NCBI GenBank assembly: GCA_018260615.1
Contig: JAGWDQ010000060.1
Location: 1,981 to 65,980 of the forward strand
Reading direction: 5' to 3'
Length of the DNA stretch: 64,000 nucleotides
Source: Candidatus Altarchaeum sp.
GTDB taxonomy: Archaea > Altiarchaeota > Altiarchaeia > Altiarchaeales > Altiarchaeaceae
Shown here: in pieces, positions 30,129-39,956 of the stretch
Layout of the letters: each line of letters starts with the position of its first letter
Numbering within the stretch: position 1 is the stretch's first letter
The notes under the pieces: generated by a model
Database searches by the model: none
Told to the model about the DNA's origin: nothing
The model's input: only the letters and a program-made list of their open reading frames with translations
Translations under genes and position numbers: made by a program

Positions 30129-31123
30129 ACGAACAAATATCCGAAATTATTTTATCTGTCGTATTGCAGATAGTATTTGCAGGACTTATTGTCGGAATGG
30201 TGTTGCTAATGATATATTATTATGACAAAAGAGAGAAATGGATAAAAAGTATGAATGATTCGGAGAGAAAGAAATGGGAACAATATCAAAAATATAAAAA
30301 ATCTCAAGGGGGCGGATTGAAGGGAATAATATTTGTTTTCTCTTTTATTGCAGTTATTGTTTTGGGGGCAGTTTTCCTGGATATCAAAATAATAATGCTT
30401 TTCCTCGCAATAATTTATACACTCTTCTTTCTTATCCATGTGCGATTTGTATTAAAAACAAGAAACAAGGACGGGGTTATCTTGATTATAGGGATAATAT
30501 TTATGTTGATTTGGATTGTGTCTTTCCTATTTGAAAAACATTCTGGTGATGCGTTATTTATGTCGATAGGAATGCTTCTGCTAATGTATGGGAATAGTGG
30601 TGTAAAGGCGGAAAAAAGAAATATGAATTTGCATCATAATCTCGTTGTAACCTCAGGGTGTGAAATTGATTCGCATTTAGACGGTTATTCTCAAAGACCT
30701 TTCAGTATGGAATCCAATGCCATAAAAGAAATTTTTAGGGATGATAAAAACACATTGAAATTAAATTTTATGAAAATTTCAGAAAATTTTGCAAAAACAA
30801 TGGGAAAGGACTTAATTTTTATGGACTGGAAGGTTAGCGAAAATGAAGCATTATTTTATCCTGTTGTGTTTCCCATGTCCCAGATATATTTGATGTTTCA
30901 CTCGCTCAGGAAAAACAAACTTTCCTGGATAAAGATAAATAACGAAGGAAGGATAACTGTTTTTGTGTCAAAAGATGACTATAAAAAAATTTTAGAGCAG
31001 GTAACTTATCACGCATTGTGCAGGAATATTGCAGAAAAATTTGAACGAGCATTTATTGAATTTGCGAAAGGAAGCAAAGATAATAAATTTAATGCAATTA
31101 AAATTTTAAGAGGTGAAAAATGA
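30125..31123 (+). CDS. Membrane-protein paralog 4 (unrecognised family)
   Basis: Same architecture and closest to paralog 3. ATGA overlaps. Confidence 0.75.
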   Translation: MNEQISEIILSVVLQIVFAGLIVGMVLLMIYYYDKREKWIKSMNDSERKKWEQYQKYKKSQGGGLKGIIFVFSFIAVIVLGAVFLDIKIIMLFLAIIYTLFFLIHVRFVLKTRNKDGVILIIGIIFMLIWIVSFLFEKHSGDALFMSIGMLLLMYGNSGVKAEKRNMNLHHNLVVTSGCEIDSHLDGYSQRPFSMESNAIKEIFRDDKNTLKLNFMKISENFAKTMGKDLIFMDWKVSENEALFYPVVFPMSQIYLMFHSLRKNKLSWIKINNEGRITVFVSKDDYKKILEQVTYHALCRNIAEKFERAFIEFAKGSKDNKFNAIKILRGEK

Positions 31124-32046
31124 ACGAAATCAATAAAAAACAAAAGGAACTTGAAACAAATTATGAAATTTACAGACAGAATAAATCTTTGAGGTCAGGT
31201 GCGTTACTTTTTCTCTTCATATCATTTCTTTGTATTGGGATGTGTGTTTTATTATATTTTGTATTTCACATTTCAATTAATCCCGTTTATGGAATGATGT
31301 TTCTATTGATTTTGGCGATGGGGTCTATGTCAATCATCGCTGGAAAAATTGCGTTAAAAACAAGAAATGTTGTTGGGATTATGCTGTTTATTATATCATT
31401 TGCAACGACAATTGAGTTGATACTTCTTATGTATTTTTCTGAACTTAATGAATGGGAGATGGTGGTAAGAGCATACATTCTGTTCGCTGTAATCATAATA
31501 TTTGTGCTTTATATTGCCAAGAAAAAATTTAATATAAAAATGTATGGAAGTCAAGCAATGCTCCTTGATTATAGAAATGTGATAATCAAAGAAGGCGAGC
31601 AAATTGATATTCTGACAGACGGATATTCCCAGAGGCCATTTAGCAAGGAAAGTGAAGCAATAAAAAATGTGGAAAATTTTAAAAATAACGCAGAAAATTT
31701 TGCAAAAATTTTAGGAAAAGAAGGGATAATTATGGACTGGAATACAAAGGAAAATTCAATAACTTTATTTCCGCCAATATTTATGGAAGATTTATTCGTA
31801 TCTGTCTTATATCTGATTCAATTAACATTCCGAAAAAAGAAACTTTCTATGGTTAAAATATCTTCTGACGGGCAAATAACTGTATTCATATCAGATGATG
31901 ACTATAAAAGAATAACAAGACCTGTTGCTTATCATCTCCTGTGCAGAGGATTGGCGGAGAAATTTGAACGAGCATTTGTTGAATTTGCGAAAGGAAATAA
32001 AGATAGCAAAATTAATACATTAAAAATTTTGAAAGGTGAAAAATAA
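31120..32046 (+). CDS. Membrane-protein paralog 5 (unrecognised family, most divergent)
   Basis: Retains DGYSQRPFSKESEAIK, MDW, ITVFISDDDY, AYHLLC and AEKFERAFVEFAKGNKDSKINTLKILKGEK. Confidence 0.75.
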   Translation: MNEINKKQKELETNYEIYRQNKSLRSGALLFLFISFLCIGMCVLLYFVFHISINPVYGMMFLLILAMGSMSIIAGKIALKTRNVVGIMLFIISFATTIELILLMYFSELNEWEMVVRAYILFAVIIIFVLYIAKKKFNIKMYGSQAMLLDYRNVIIKEGEQIDILTDGYSQRPFSKESEAIKNVENFKNNAENFAKILGKEGIIMDWNTKENSITLFPPIFMEDLFVSVLYLIQLTFRKKKLSMVKISSDGQITVFISDDDYKRITRPVAYHLLCRGLAEKFERAFVEFAKGNKDSKINTLKILKGEK

Positions 32047-32065
32047 AAATTGTTAAAATGTTAAA

Positions 32066-33361
32066 ATGGACAAACTAAAAAAGTATGCTACATTGATGTT
32101 GACCTGCCTAAAAGAATATGAAACAACGGGGCAAAAGATGCCCTGCATTTTGAACTATGCGGACTGCGCCAGAGAGATGGGATATTTACATTTTTCAATC
32201 AGAGTATACGAATGGCTGCTTGACGAATATCCTGATAATATGGAAGTAAAAAAATCCCATAAAAAAGCAAAAGATATGCTGGAGTTAGACAGCGCTGGTG
32301 CATTTATGCAAAAATCTGGTTTTCCGGAACCAGATCTTTTGATAAGGGAAAATTTTCACGGGATAACGCTCAGTTTGTGTATGATCGCCAAAAACGAGGA
32401 AAATAACATCAAACGGGCGATAGAAAGCGTGCGTCTGATAGCAGACGAAATGATTGTAGTAGATACCGGATCTACTGATAATACCCCTAAAATCGCGAAG
32501 GCGTATGGCGCAAAAGTGTTTGATTACAAATGGAATGATAATTTCAGCGAAGCCAGAAATTTTTCCCTTGAACAGGCAGGTATGGAATGGATTTTAGTTC
32601 TCGATGCTGATGAGACGATAGCGTATGAAGATCTGTTCTATATAAAAGAGACCATAAAAGAAATGGAAATAGCAAAGAAATCGGGAAAGCTCGAAGGTAA
32701 AAGAGCTGATGGATTCGCACTCGCCATAAGAGAATACACTTATTTTAATATGCTTGGTGGGTTTGACACGAAAGATGACTTTTATGCAGAGAGCAAACCC
32801 TACAAATCATGGATAGAACAACGGCTCGTTCGTCTCTTTCGCAATATGCCTCACATAAGGTATATGTATCCGGTCTATGAAATAATTGAGGAATCGATAT
32901 GCACAAATGGGGGTACTTTTTATCATGTAGGCATTCCCATACATCATTTTGGACGCACCGTCAGCATGGAAAAACAGCGGAGCAAAAGGAGGTACTACAT
33001 CAAAATTTTAGAGGAACATTTGAAGATATCGGAGGAATGCGATAACTATAAGGCAGTTTATTGCACCAATCTGGGCAACGCATACACTTTTATGGGCGAA
33101 CTTGAGAATGCTATGAAATACTTCAAAAAGGCGCTGGAATACGATGATAGTATATCCGTTACTTATGTTTGTATCGGTAAGAATGCGATGATGAGGAAAA
33201 ATATCATTGAAGCAATCAAATATTTTGAGAAAGCCATTGAAATGGAGAAGAACAACCCCGAGCCGTTTCGTCTTCTCGTCCAATGTTACAATAGTTGTTA
33301 TAAGTTTAGTGAAGCCAAACGTGTAATGGAGGAAGCACATCGCGAGGGGCACGAAATTTAA
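32066..33361 (+). CDS. Family 2 glycosyltransferase with flanking TPR-like regions
   Basis: GT2 core: SLCMIAKNEENNI...VVDTGSTDNT...NFSEARN...LDADE. C-terminal TPR repeats: LGNAYTFMGELENAMKYFKKALEYD... Confidence 0.8.
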   Translation: MDKLKKYATLMLTCLKEYETTGQKMPCILNYADCAREMGYLHFSIRVYEWLLDEYPDNMEVKKSHKKAKDMLELDSAGAFMQKSGFPEPDLLIRENFHGITLSLCMIAKNEENNIKRAIESVRLIADEMIVVDTGSTDNTPKIAKAYGAKVFDYKWNDNFSEARNFSLEQAGMEWILVLDADETIAYEDLFYIKETIKEMEIAKKSGKLEGKRADGFALAIREYTYFNMLGGFDTKDDFYAESKPYKSWIEQRLVRLFRNMPHIRYMYPVYEIIEESICTNGGTFYHVGIPIHHFGRTVSMEKQRSKRRYYIKILEEHLKISEECDNYKAVYCTNLGNAYTFMGELENAMKYFKKALEYDDSISVTYVCIGKNAMMRKNIIEAIKYFEKAIEMEKNNPEPFRLLVQCYNSCYKFSEAKRVMEEAHREGHEI

Positions 33362-33417
33362 ACGAATTCCAAAAATTAGCGAATAAGCACGAAATAAAAA
33401 AAAGAAAAATAAAAAGA

Positions 33418-33981
33418 ATGAACTACATAATCATAGATTTGGAAGCAACATGCGACGATAAAGTTAAGAACATGGTGCATGAAATAATTGAAATCGGGGC
33501 TGTAAAAATAAACGAAAACGGAGAAATTATTGATGCATTTGACGAATTTGTCAAGCCAATTATCAATCCGACATTAAGCGAATTTTGCAAAAATCTTACC
33601 CAAATAAACCAGTCGCAAACAGATAAAGCGGAAAATTTTTTAACAGTTATTGAAAAATTTAAAAGGTGGCTCAATGATGATTATTTCCTTTGCTCCTGGG
33701 GACATTATGATAGAAAGCAACTGATAAATGATTGTTCATTGCACAATCTTGACAGCAAATGGACAGAAAGGCACATAAGCATTAAGCACGAGTATGCAAA
33801 AATCAATAAATGCAAACCATGCGGCATGTCAAAGGCATTAGAAAAAGAACACATAACGCTGACAGGAACACATCACAGGGGCATTGATGATGCAAAAAAT
33901 ATTGCAAAAATTTTTATAAAGTATTTTGAGGTATTCAAGAAAATCATAAATGAACAGGTCTCACAAAATAAAGAAATTTAA
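33418..33981 (+). CDS. DEDDh 3'-5' exonuclease (KapD/ERI-1-like)
   Basis: Exo I is IIIDLEAT, Exo II is SWGHYD and Exo III is HRGIDDAKN. Confidence 0.8.
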   Translation: MNYIIIDLEATCDDKVKNMVHEIIEIGAVKINENGEIIDAFDEFVKPIINPTLSEFCKNLTQINQSQTDKAENFLTVIEKFKRWLNDDYFLCSWGHYDRKQLINDCSLHNLDSKWTERHISIKHEYAKINKCKPCGMSKALEKEHITLTGTHHRGIDDAKNIAKIFIKYFEVFKKIINEQVSQNKEI

Positions 33982-33995
33982 TAAAAAAATTTCCA

Positions 33996-34604
33996 ATGAA
34001 TAAAGAACAATTTGCCCGGACATTATCTATATTGGGCAAGGAACACTGCATTGATGTAATTGAAACATTATACATTAAGGAATGGTGCACTGCAACCGAA
34101 ATTTCAGAGGAATTGAAAATTCACACGGCAACAGCAGTAAGTTATTTATCTGACCTGCACGATATTGGGCTTGCGGAAAGGAGAATAAGGGGGGGAAAAT
34201 ATAAGGATGCTTATGAATATTCCTTAAAAAGCACATCAATAAATTTAAATCTAAATTTTAAGGAAATAGTTGAAGAGGAAGGTAAGGGCATAACCGAAAG
34301 AGCAGGACTTATAAAAGTGAAAGAAATCGTGAGTGATAATTTGAATTATGAATGGGATGATGAGAAGCAAAAAATTTTAAAGATCAATATTGTCAGTGCA
34401 GGAATCAGGCGGGGTGTCCAGGAATCAATTGAATTAAATACATTAGAAGGAAGGTTTTTGTGGTGTGTGCCTTACCCGTCTGAAGAAGGTCTGTCGGTAG
34501 AACAAATTTGCGAAAATGCGGGAATAAAAAATCCGATAGAAATTAAAAAGATTTTGAAATTTGTTGAGATTTTGAAAGAAAAAAGAGTTATTGAAATTTT
34601 ATAA
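33996..34604 (+). CDS. Winged-helix (ArsR/TrmB-like) DNA-binding protein
   Basis: The N-terminal IDVIETL...CTATEISEELKIHTATAVSYLSDLHDIGLAERR region is wHTH-like. The function of the C-terminal half is unknown. Confidence 0.6.
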   Translation: MNKEQFARTLSILGKEHCIDVIETLYIKEWCTATEISEELKIHTATAVSYLSDLHDIGLAERRIRGGKYKDAYEYSLKSTSINLNLNFKEIVEEEGKGITERAGLIKVKEIVSDNLNYEWDDEKQKILKINIVSAGIRRGVQESIELNTLEGRFLWCVPYPSEEGLSVEQICENAGIKNPIEIKKILKFVEILKEKRVIEIL

Positions 34605-34639
34605 ATTTTTGTGCATATCGGGTTGATTTTATGAAGCCA

Positions 34640-35608
34640 TCAAATTCTTTCAATAACTGATATTAATTTTGTATAAAACATCCTGTTTACAACCAAAGGA
34701 GAGACCTCTTTAGGTAAAGCGTGTATGTAATCAGAATACTTTTTCTTTATGATGAAAACATCTATTGTTTTTATTATCGTCTTTGTTATTTCATGAGTCC
34801 TGTTTTCCTCACCTAAAATATGTTTCATTTTTAATCTGCAACTTTCAATGTCCTCATCGGTAATTATTACGGATAACATACCAAGGTCATATAAATCCTT
34901 AAACTTTTCTCTATTCCTAAAAGCAATTAATTTATCTGCAAATAAATCTCCAACAGACAAACATTTAAATTGTAATTCCTTCTTATATTCCTGATATTTA
35001 TAAATTTTCAACCTAATATCCTGCATATTCCACTTTAATGCAGGTGGTTTATGTTTTATATTTATCTGAACAAGAATGTGATTAAAAATGCCTGACAAAT
35101 ACTCTTTGTTTACAAGGTCCTTTCTATAAGCAATTCTTAAATTTCTTGCTACGACTTTGGATGGAAACACTCTTGCAAAAGTTATAGTTCCTGAAATTTT
35201 ATCAAAATACATAGGATAAAATTTTCCATAGATTAAATTTTTCGAACTCCTGTTTTTATACTTCGAATCAATGGAGGAAATTAACAAATCCATTTCCTTT
35301 AATTTCTCATTTAATTCATCAAACTTCTCCAAAACAAATTTGTTTGTTCTGCTCTCTGTTTCTATGTTAAAATCCAAATCTACCGAAAACCTCTGAAGAT
35401 TTAATGGCAAGAGGGATTGTATGCATGTGCCTCCTTTAAAGAATAAATCCATATTTGAGAATTCTTTTAAAATGAACATTGTATCATATTCAAATATTTG
35501 TTTTTCAAAATCCATGTGATTTATTCCTTCACGATTAGAATATTCTCTTATTTTTGCCCCGTTAAATGCCTCTTTTCCCCAAAATAACGACTTAATATCC
35601 TCTGACAT
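34640..35608 (-). CDS. Nucleotidyltransferase AbiEii/AbiGii-family toxin (DUF1814-like)
   Basis: The motif FFKGGTCIQSL...QRFSVDLDFNIE matches the family pattern GGTAL...R.S.DiDF. Confidence 0.72.
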   Translation of the reverse strand: MSEDIKSLFWGKEAFNGAKIREYSNREGINHMDFEKQIFEYDTMFILKEFSNMDLFFKGGTCIQSLLPLNLQRFSVDLDFNIETESRTNKFVLEKFDELNEKLKEMDLLISSIDSKYKNRSSKNLIYGKFYPMYFDKISGTITFARVFPSKVVARNLRIAYRKDLVNKEYLSGIFNHILVQINIKHKPPALKWNMQDIRLKIYKYQEYKKELQFKCLSVGDLFADKLIAFRNREKFKDLYDLGMLSVIITDEDIESCRLKMKHILGEENRTHEITKTIIKTIDVFIIKKKYSDYIHALPKEVSPLVVNRMFYTKLISVIERI

Positions 35609-36371
35609 TTTTTCCGGATTTTTTTATAATTTTCAAAATATTTACAGGAATATTTTTATCCCCATCAAAATATTTTTTTAAATAATACAGATTAGGTTTC
35701 TTTTCACATAACTTTTCAAATTCATCATTTGTCATGCCATAGTCAAGTGCTTTCATAGTATATTCAAACAGGTCATTTTTTGGAAAATCAATTTCTTCCA
35801 ATATGATTTCTATGTCAGGTAAATTTAAATCACCATTAAATTTTAATTTTCGGATATTATGTGAAGATTTTCTTATAATTATCGCATATCCTCTTGTTAG
35901 TGCGTCAGTTATAATTTTGTTTTTATTACAATGTTTTGGAATTTCATAAGGTAAAATTGTCGCAAATTTACTTAAATTTTCAACTATTCTCCCAGCCAAC
36001 ATGTTATATTTGTTTTTTGGCAGAGCAATATCTATTTTTCTTTGATACATCGCATGATCAGTTAACCCGTGCAAAAACAGGGCAGATTCTCCGGTTATAT
36101 AGTAATTCCTCATAAGGAGCTTGTCTATCCCGGAAAGTATATTCACCTCTTTCTTTTTTATAGTTTGTCTATTGTATTTAAACAACTGTTGTCTTTCTTT
36201 GCCGGGCTTCCATAAAAGGATATCTTTACCGGCTAATGTCCAGCACACCCTTTCTGCTTTTGGATAAGTGATTCTAAGAGATAAAGCTATTTTTCCCAAA
36301 CTGGTCCATTCTGTAAAGTGTTCTAATCCGTTTACAATTTCCTCATCTATTTTTATAGGGATGAAGTCCAT
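35592..36371 (-). CDS. Putative AbiEi-like antitoxin/transcriptional regulator
   Basis: Overlaps the AbiEii gene by 17 nt and lies upstream and co-directional. It is 259 aa with a wHTH-like N-terminal region. The assignment is based on context. Confidence 0.5.
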   Translation of the reverse strand: MDFIPIKIDEEIVNGLEHFTEWTSLGKIALSLRITYPKAERVCWTLAGKDILLWKPGKERQQLFKYNRQTIKKKEVNILSGIDKLLMRNYYITGESALFLHGLTDHAMYQRKIDIALPKNKYNMLAGRIVENLSKFATILPYEIPKHCNKNKIITDALTRGYAIIIRKSSHNIRKLKFNGDLNLPDIEIILEEIDFPKNDLFEYTMKALDYGMTNDEFEKLCEKKPNLYYLKKYFDGDKNIPVNILKIIKKSGKNVRGY

Positions 36372-36758
36372 GGTAAAAATTTATCAAAATTATTATAAAA
36401 TTAAGAATGTATTATAAAATTACATGCATAGCAATTAATAATTTTCGTTAATTGCCTGTATATGTATGTGCTTCATTTTATTAAATCTATAATTATGTTT
36501 CCTCCATTATTTTATAAATTAAGCAGAGTTCATATAAAGGAGAACATAAGGGATGATGTGAATGTAAATCAATTTATCAGCAGAACAAATTTGCGAAAAT
36601 GCGGGAATAAAAAATCCGATAGAAATTAAAAAGATGTTGAAATTTGTTGATGTTTTGAAAGAAAAAAGAGTTATTGAAATTTTATAAATTTTTGTGTCTA
36701 AATTTAATTCTTTAAATTCAAATTTTAAATATTGTAAAAACAAAAATATAAAAGCAAA

Positions 36759-37022
36759 ATGTATTATGATGTTGTTATTGTCGGAGCAGGTCCCGGTGGC
36801 TCAATTGCAGCAAAAACATTAGACGATTCAAATTTATCCGTATGTCTGATAGACGCAAAACCAAAAGAAAAAATCGGTGAAAAGGTCTGCGGTGATGCTG
36901 TCGGAAAAGAATTCTTTGACTTTTTACATGAAAAGATAAATTTGGACTATCCTGATGAAGAGGTAAAAGACAGAATAGACGGAATAAAGGTGGTTGTGTT
37001 TGGGTTTGAATGCTTTAAATAG
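36759..37022 (+). pseudogene. Truncated N-terminal fragment of a geranylgeranyl-reductase-family flavoprotein
   Basis: Has the YDVVIVGAGPGGSIAAK FAD-binding fold and KVCGDAVG but stops after 87 codons. Full-length relatives are about 400 aa. Confidence 0.65.
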
Positions 37023-37210
37023 TTTCAATGTTAAGTATATAAATGAAAAAAAATTTTGTTCCAATTGAGGGGCAATAATTAATTCGGTTAATTTTTTGGA
37101 TTAGCCGATGGTCCGGTAATAAAAATAATTAAATTACATACTTTTGTCAACAATAATCATTTTGTTATAAAATCTTAATCAATTCAATAGTTGTCTATTT
37201 AAATTTAAAG

Positions 37211-37378
37211 ATGAAAGTAAATTATAATAAGTGTTGTTACTGTGGTGGGTGTGTTGGGGTATGTCCACAAAATGCACTAGAATTACAAGAAACAGTTTTA
37301 GTGGTGGATAATGATAAATGTACTAACTGTGGAATTTGCACAAAATTTTGTCCAATGGGAGCAATAAAAAACGAATGA
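37211..37378 (+). CDS. 2x[4Fe-4S] ferredoxin (55 aa), not in the supplied ORF track
   Basis: My translation is MKVNYNKCCYCGGCVGVCPQNALELQETVLVVDNDKCTNCGICTKFCPMGAIKNE*, with two CxxCxxCxxxCP motifs. It ends 4 nt before the GGR gene. Confidence 0.8.
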   Translation: MKVNYNKCCYCGGCVGVCPQNALELQETVLVVDNDKCTNCGICTKFCPMGAIKNE

Positions 37379-37382
37379 AAAA

Positions 37383-38582
37383 ATGAATGAGAAATATGAT
37401 TATGATGTCGTGATAGTAGGAGCAGGACCTGCTGGAAGCATATGCGCGAGATATTTAGCAGAGAAAGGTGTTAAGGTATTGGTAGTTGAAAAACGACAGG
37501 AGATTGGTGCGCCCAAAAGATGCGGAGAGGGCATTGTTGTGGAAAGTTTAGAAGGTTTTAATTTCGATCCAAATGCAAACTGGATTACAAACAAGATTCA
37601 TGGCTTTTCTATATATTCCCCAAATAGAAAAAGAGTTAGTATGAGTTGGAACGAACCTAAAGGATGGATCGTTGAAAGAAAAATCTTTGAGAAATACTTG
37701 GCAGTTGATGCAATAAACGCGGGCGCACGATATATGGTCAAAACCAGAGCAATTGAGATAATGAAAGAAGGTGAAAAAATTTATGGAGTAAAGGTAGAAA
37801 ATATGGGTGACAAATTTGAGATAAGATCAAAGATAGTCATTGCGGCGGATGGTGTTGATTCAAAGATCGCAAAGAGCGCTGGTATCAATACAGTGAACAA
37901 GTTGTCAGATTACCATTCAGGTTTTCAGTATGAAATGGCAGGAGTAAAAAATTGTGATTCAAAACAAATTCATATATATGTCGGCAATACGGTCGCACCA
38001 AAAGGTTATATATGGATATTTCCAAAGGGGGAAAGAGTTGCTAATGTAGGCATTGTAATTTTAGCAAAAGAGTCTTCTGACAAGAGACGAGCGAAGGACT
38101 ATCTTGATAAATTTATAGAAACGCATTCCGAAATTTTTGAGGGCGCTAGTCCTATTGAAATTAATGCAGGAGGCGTTCCCGTAAGTGGAGCTGTTGAAAC
38201 ATTTGTCCATGATAATTTTATGATAATTGGTGATGCGGCACAACTTGTAAATCCCATACACGGCGGAGGGATTGTCCTTGCTATGAACTCTGGAAATATC
38301 GCCGCAGAGGTCGCTTCTGAGGCGTTAAAAGAAGGTAACACATCAAAAGAGAAACTTTATAGATATGAAAAAATATGGCGTGAAACTATAGGTGTTAAGA
38401 TGCAAAAGCTTCTGCAGATAAGAATGGTAATTGAAAAACTGTCTGATGATGATTTCAACCTTCTTGGAGATATCCTTTCTGGCGAAGATGTTACAAAATT
38501 GATAGGGGGGAAATACAAGTTCGTGTTGAATATGCTTGTAAAGAACCCGAAGGCAATGCTTTTATTAAACAAATTTATGTAA
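37383..38582 (+). CDS. Geranylgeranyl reductase (digeranylgeranylglycerophospholipid reductase family)
   Basis: YDVVIVGAGPAGS, KRCGEG, AADGVDSKIAK, GYIWIFPKG and IGDAAQLVNPIHGGGI. Confidence 0.9.
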   Translation: MNEKYDYDVVIVGAGPAGSICARYLAEKGVKVLVVEKRQEIGAPKRCGEGIVVESLEGFNFDPNANWITNKIHGFSIYSPNRKRVSMSWNEPKGWIVERKIFEKYLAVDAINAGARYMVKTRAIEIMKEGEKIYGVKVENMGDKFEIRSKIVIAADGVDSKIAKSAGINTVNKLSDYHSGFQYEMAGVKNCDSKQIHIYVGNTVAPKGYIWIFPKGERVANVGIVILAKESSDKRRAKDYLDKFIETHSEIFEGASPIEINAGGVPVSGAVETFVHDNFMIIGDAAQLVNPIHGGGIVLAMNSGNIAAEVASEALKEGNTSKEKLYRYEKIWRETIGVKMQKLLQIRMVIEKLSDDDFNLLGDILSGEDVTKLIGGKYKFVLNMLVKNPKAMLLLNKFM

Positions 38583-38589
38583 TAAAATT

Positions 38590-39657
38590 ATGGTCAAAAT
38601 ACTTGGCGCAGGATTGAGTGGATTAAGTGCGGGGATAAATCTTCTAAAAAAAGGATTGCTAGTTACCTTTTATGAAAAAAGAAAAGACGTTGGAGAACAG
38701 ATATTGCCTAATTACCAAGGGCTGTTGAACATAGAGGGAGATATAAAAAAATACTTAAATTCCTTGAATTTAAATCCTGATTTTGACATGCAGGTATTTT
38801 CAAAAGCATATATCTGCACAAGGAAAAGAGACATACCCGTAAAGTTAGCAGAATCCATTCCTTTTGTTCTGAGAGGCGGTAAAAATTCACTTGAATACGG
38901 ATTATATAAAGAAGCACTTCAACTGGGCGCCAAATTTGAGTTCAATTCAAATAAAAAAGATAAGGATGTAGACATTGTTGCAACAGGGCATACAAGGTGT
39001 GATATGGTTGCATTTGGAGCAGTATACGAAAATCTAAATTTCGAAAGAGATTGTTTTCTTTATATGCATGACGACAGATTATCGCCAATTGGATGGTATT
39101 TATATCTCATACCATATACAGACGGAAAGTTTGAAATTGTTAATTGCGTATCACAGCCATATTGTAATCAAGCAAAAAAATTATTTTTCAAAGGAATAAA
39201 AGAGAGAAAAATTTTAAGGGAAATAGTTGGCCAAAACAAACCCCTTCATTATTTTGGTGGCTTTGGGGGCGTAGATATACCTAACTCTGCAATTAAAGCG
39301 AATAAAATATATTATGTTGGGGAAGCTGCTGGGTTCCAAGATATCTGTAGGGGTTTTGGGATGAAGTATGCTCTTGAATCAGGACATCTGGCCGCGAGGT
39401 CACTACTTTTTCATAAAGAATCCTATGATAATATGTGGAAAGAGAAATTCAAAAGACAATTTAAAAAGGATTTTTCTATAAGGTTTGCGATGACATTGCT
39501 TAAAGACAAACTCCCTGAATGGTATTTTAGAAATGTTAAAGATAACGACATAGTAGATTTTAATAAAATAACGCCCAAAGGAGTAATTATAGAATTGTTA
39601 GAGGAAATTTGTTATGAGTTGGAATTTGTTAGAAAGAAATTTACTGGACATTGGTAA
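38590..39657 (+). CDS. Divergent FAD-dependent oxidoreductase of the geranylgeranyl-reductase superfamily
   Basis: N-terminal ILGAGLSGLSAG with EKR, and C-terminal VGEAAGFQD...GFGMKYALESGHLAA. It starts 8 nt after the GGR stop. Confidence 0.65.
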   Translation: MVKILGAGLSGLSAGINLLKKGLLVTFYEKRKDVGEQILPNYQGLLNIEGDIKKYLNSLNLNPDFDMQVFSKAYICTRKRDIPVKLAESIPFVLRGGKNSLEYGLYKEALQLGAKFEFNSNKKDKDVDIVATGHTRCDMVAFGAVYENLNFERDCFLYMHDDRLSPIGWYLYLIPYTDGKFEIVNCVSQPYCNQAKKLFFKGIKERKILREIVGQNKPLHYFGGFGGVDIPNSAIKANKIYYVGEAAGFQDICRGFGMKYALESGHLAARSLLFHKESYDNMWKEKFKRQFKKDFSIRFAMTLLKDKLPEWYFRNVKDNDIVDFNKITPKGVIIELLEEICYELEFVRKKFTGHW

Positions 39658-39956
39658 AAATTAGTAGTAATTGACACCTTATATATGAATAGAAATATTA
39701 AAAGGAAAGCGTTTGCATCTATTTGTTTAAGATGTTGAACCCTGATACTAAAGGTGTTGATAATATAATTATAATGCTAATATGTCTCTAAAAAGGTAAA
39801 ATTTAGAACACCTGATAAATATTCAAAAATTGGTTTATTTGGTTTTCAATTGATATATTTCGAATATTTAATCTTTTAAGTTAAATTTAATAATTGGAAT
39901 CTAAAAAAATTATTAATACAACTACAATCACAAACATATAACATACTTTTATTAAT

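Larger units (their letters stand above)
34497..36697. mobile_element. AbiE-type cassette bracketed by about 116-bp direct repeats (34500-34615 and 36582-36697) duplicating the 3' end of the wHTH gene
   Basis: The repeats differ at about 3 positions by eye, and both include the stop codon and 10 nt beyond it. The interior holds the AbiEii and AbiEi-like genes. No integrase is present. Confidence 0.7.
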
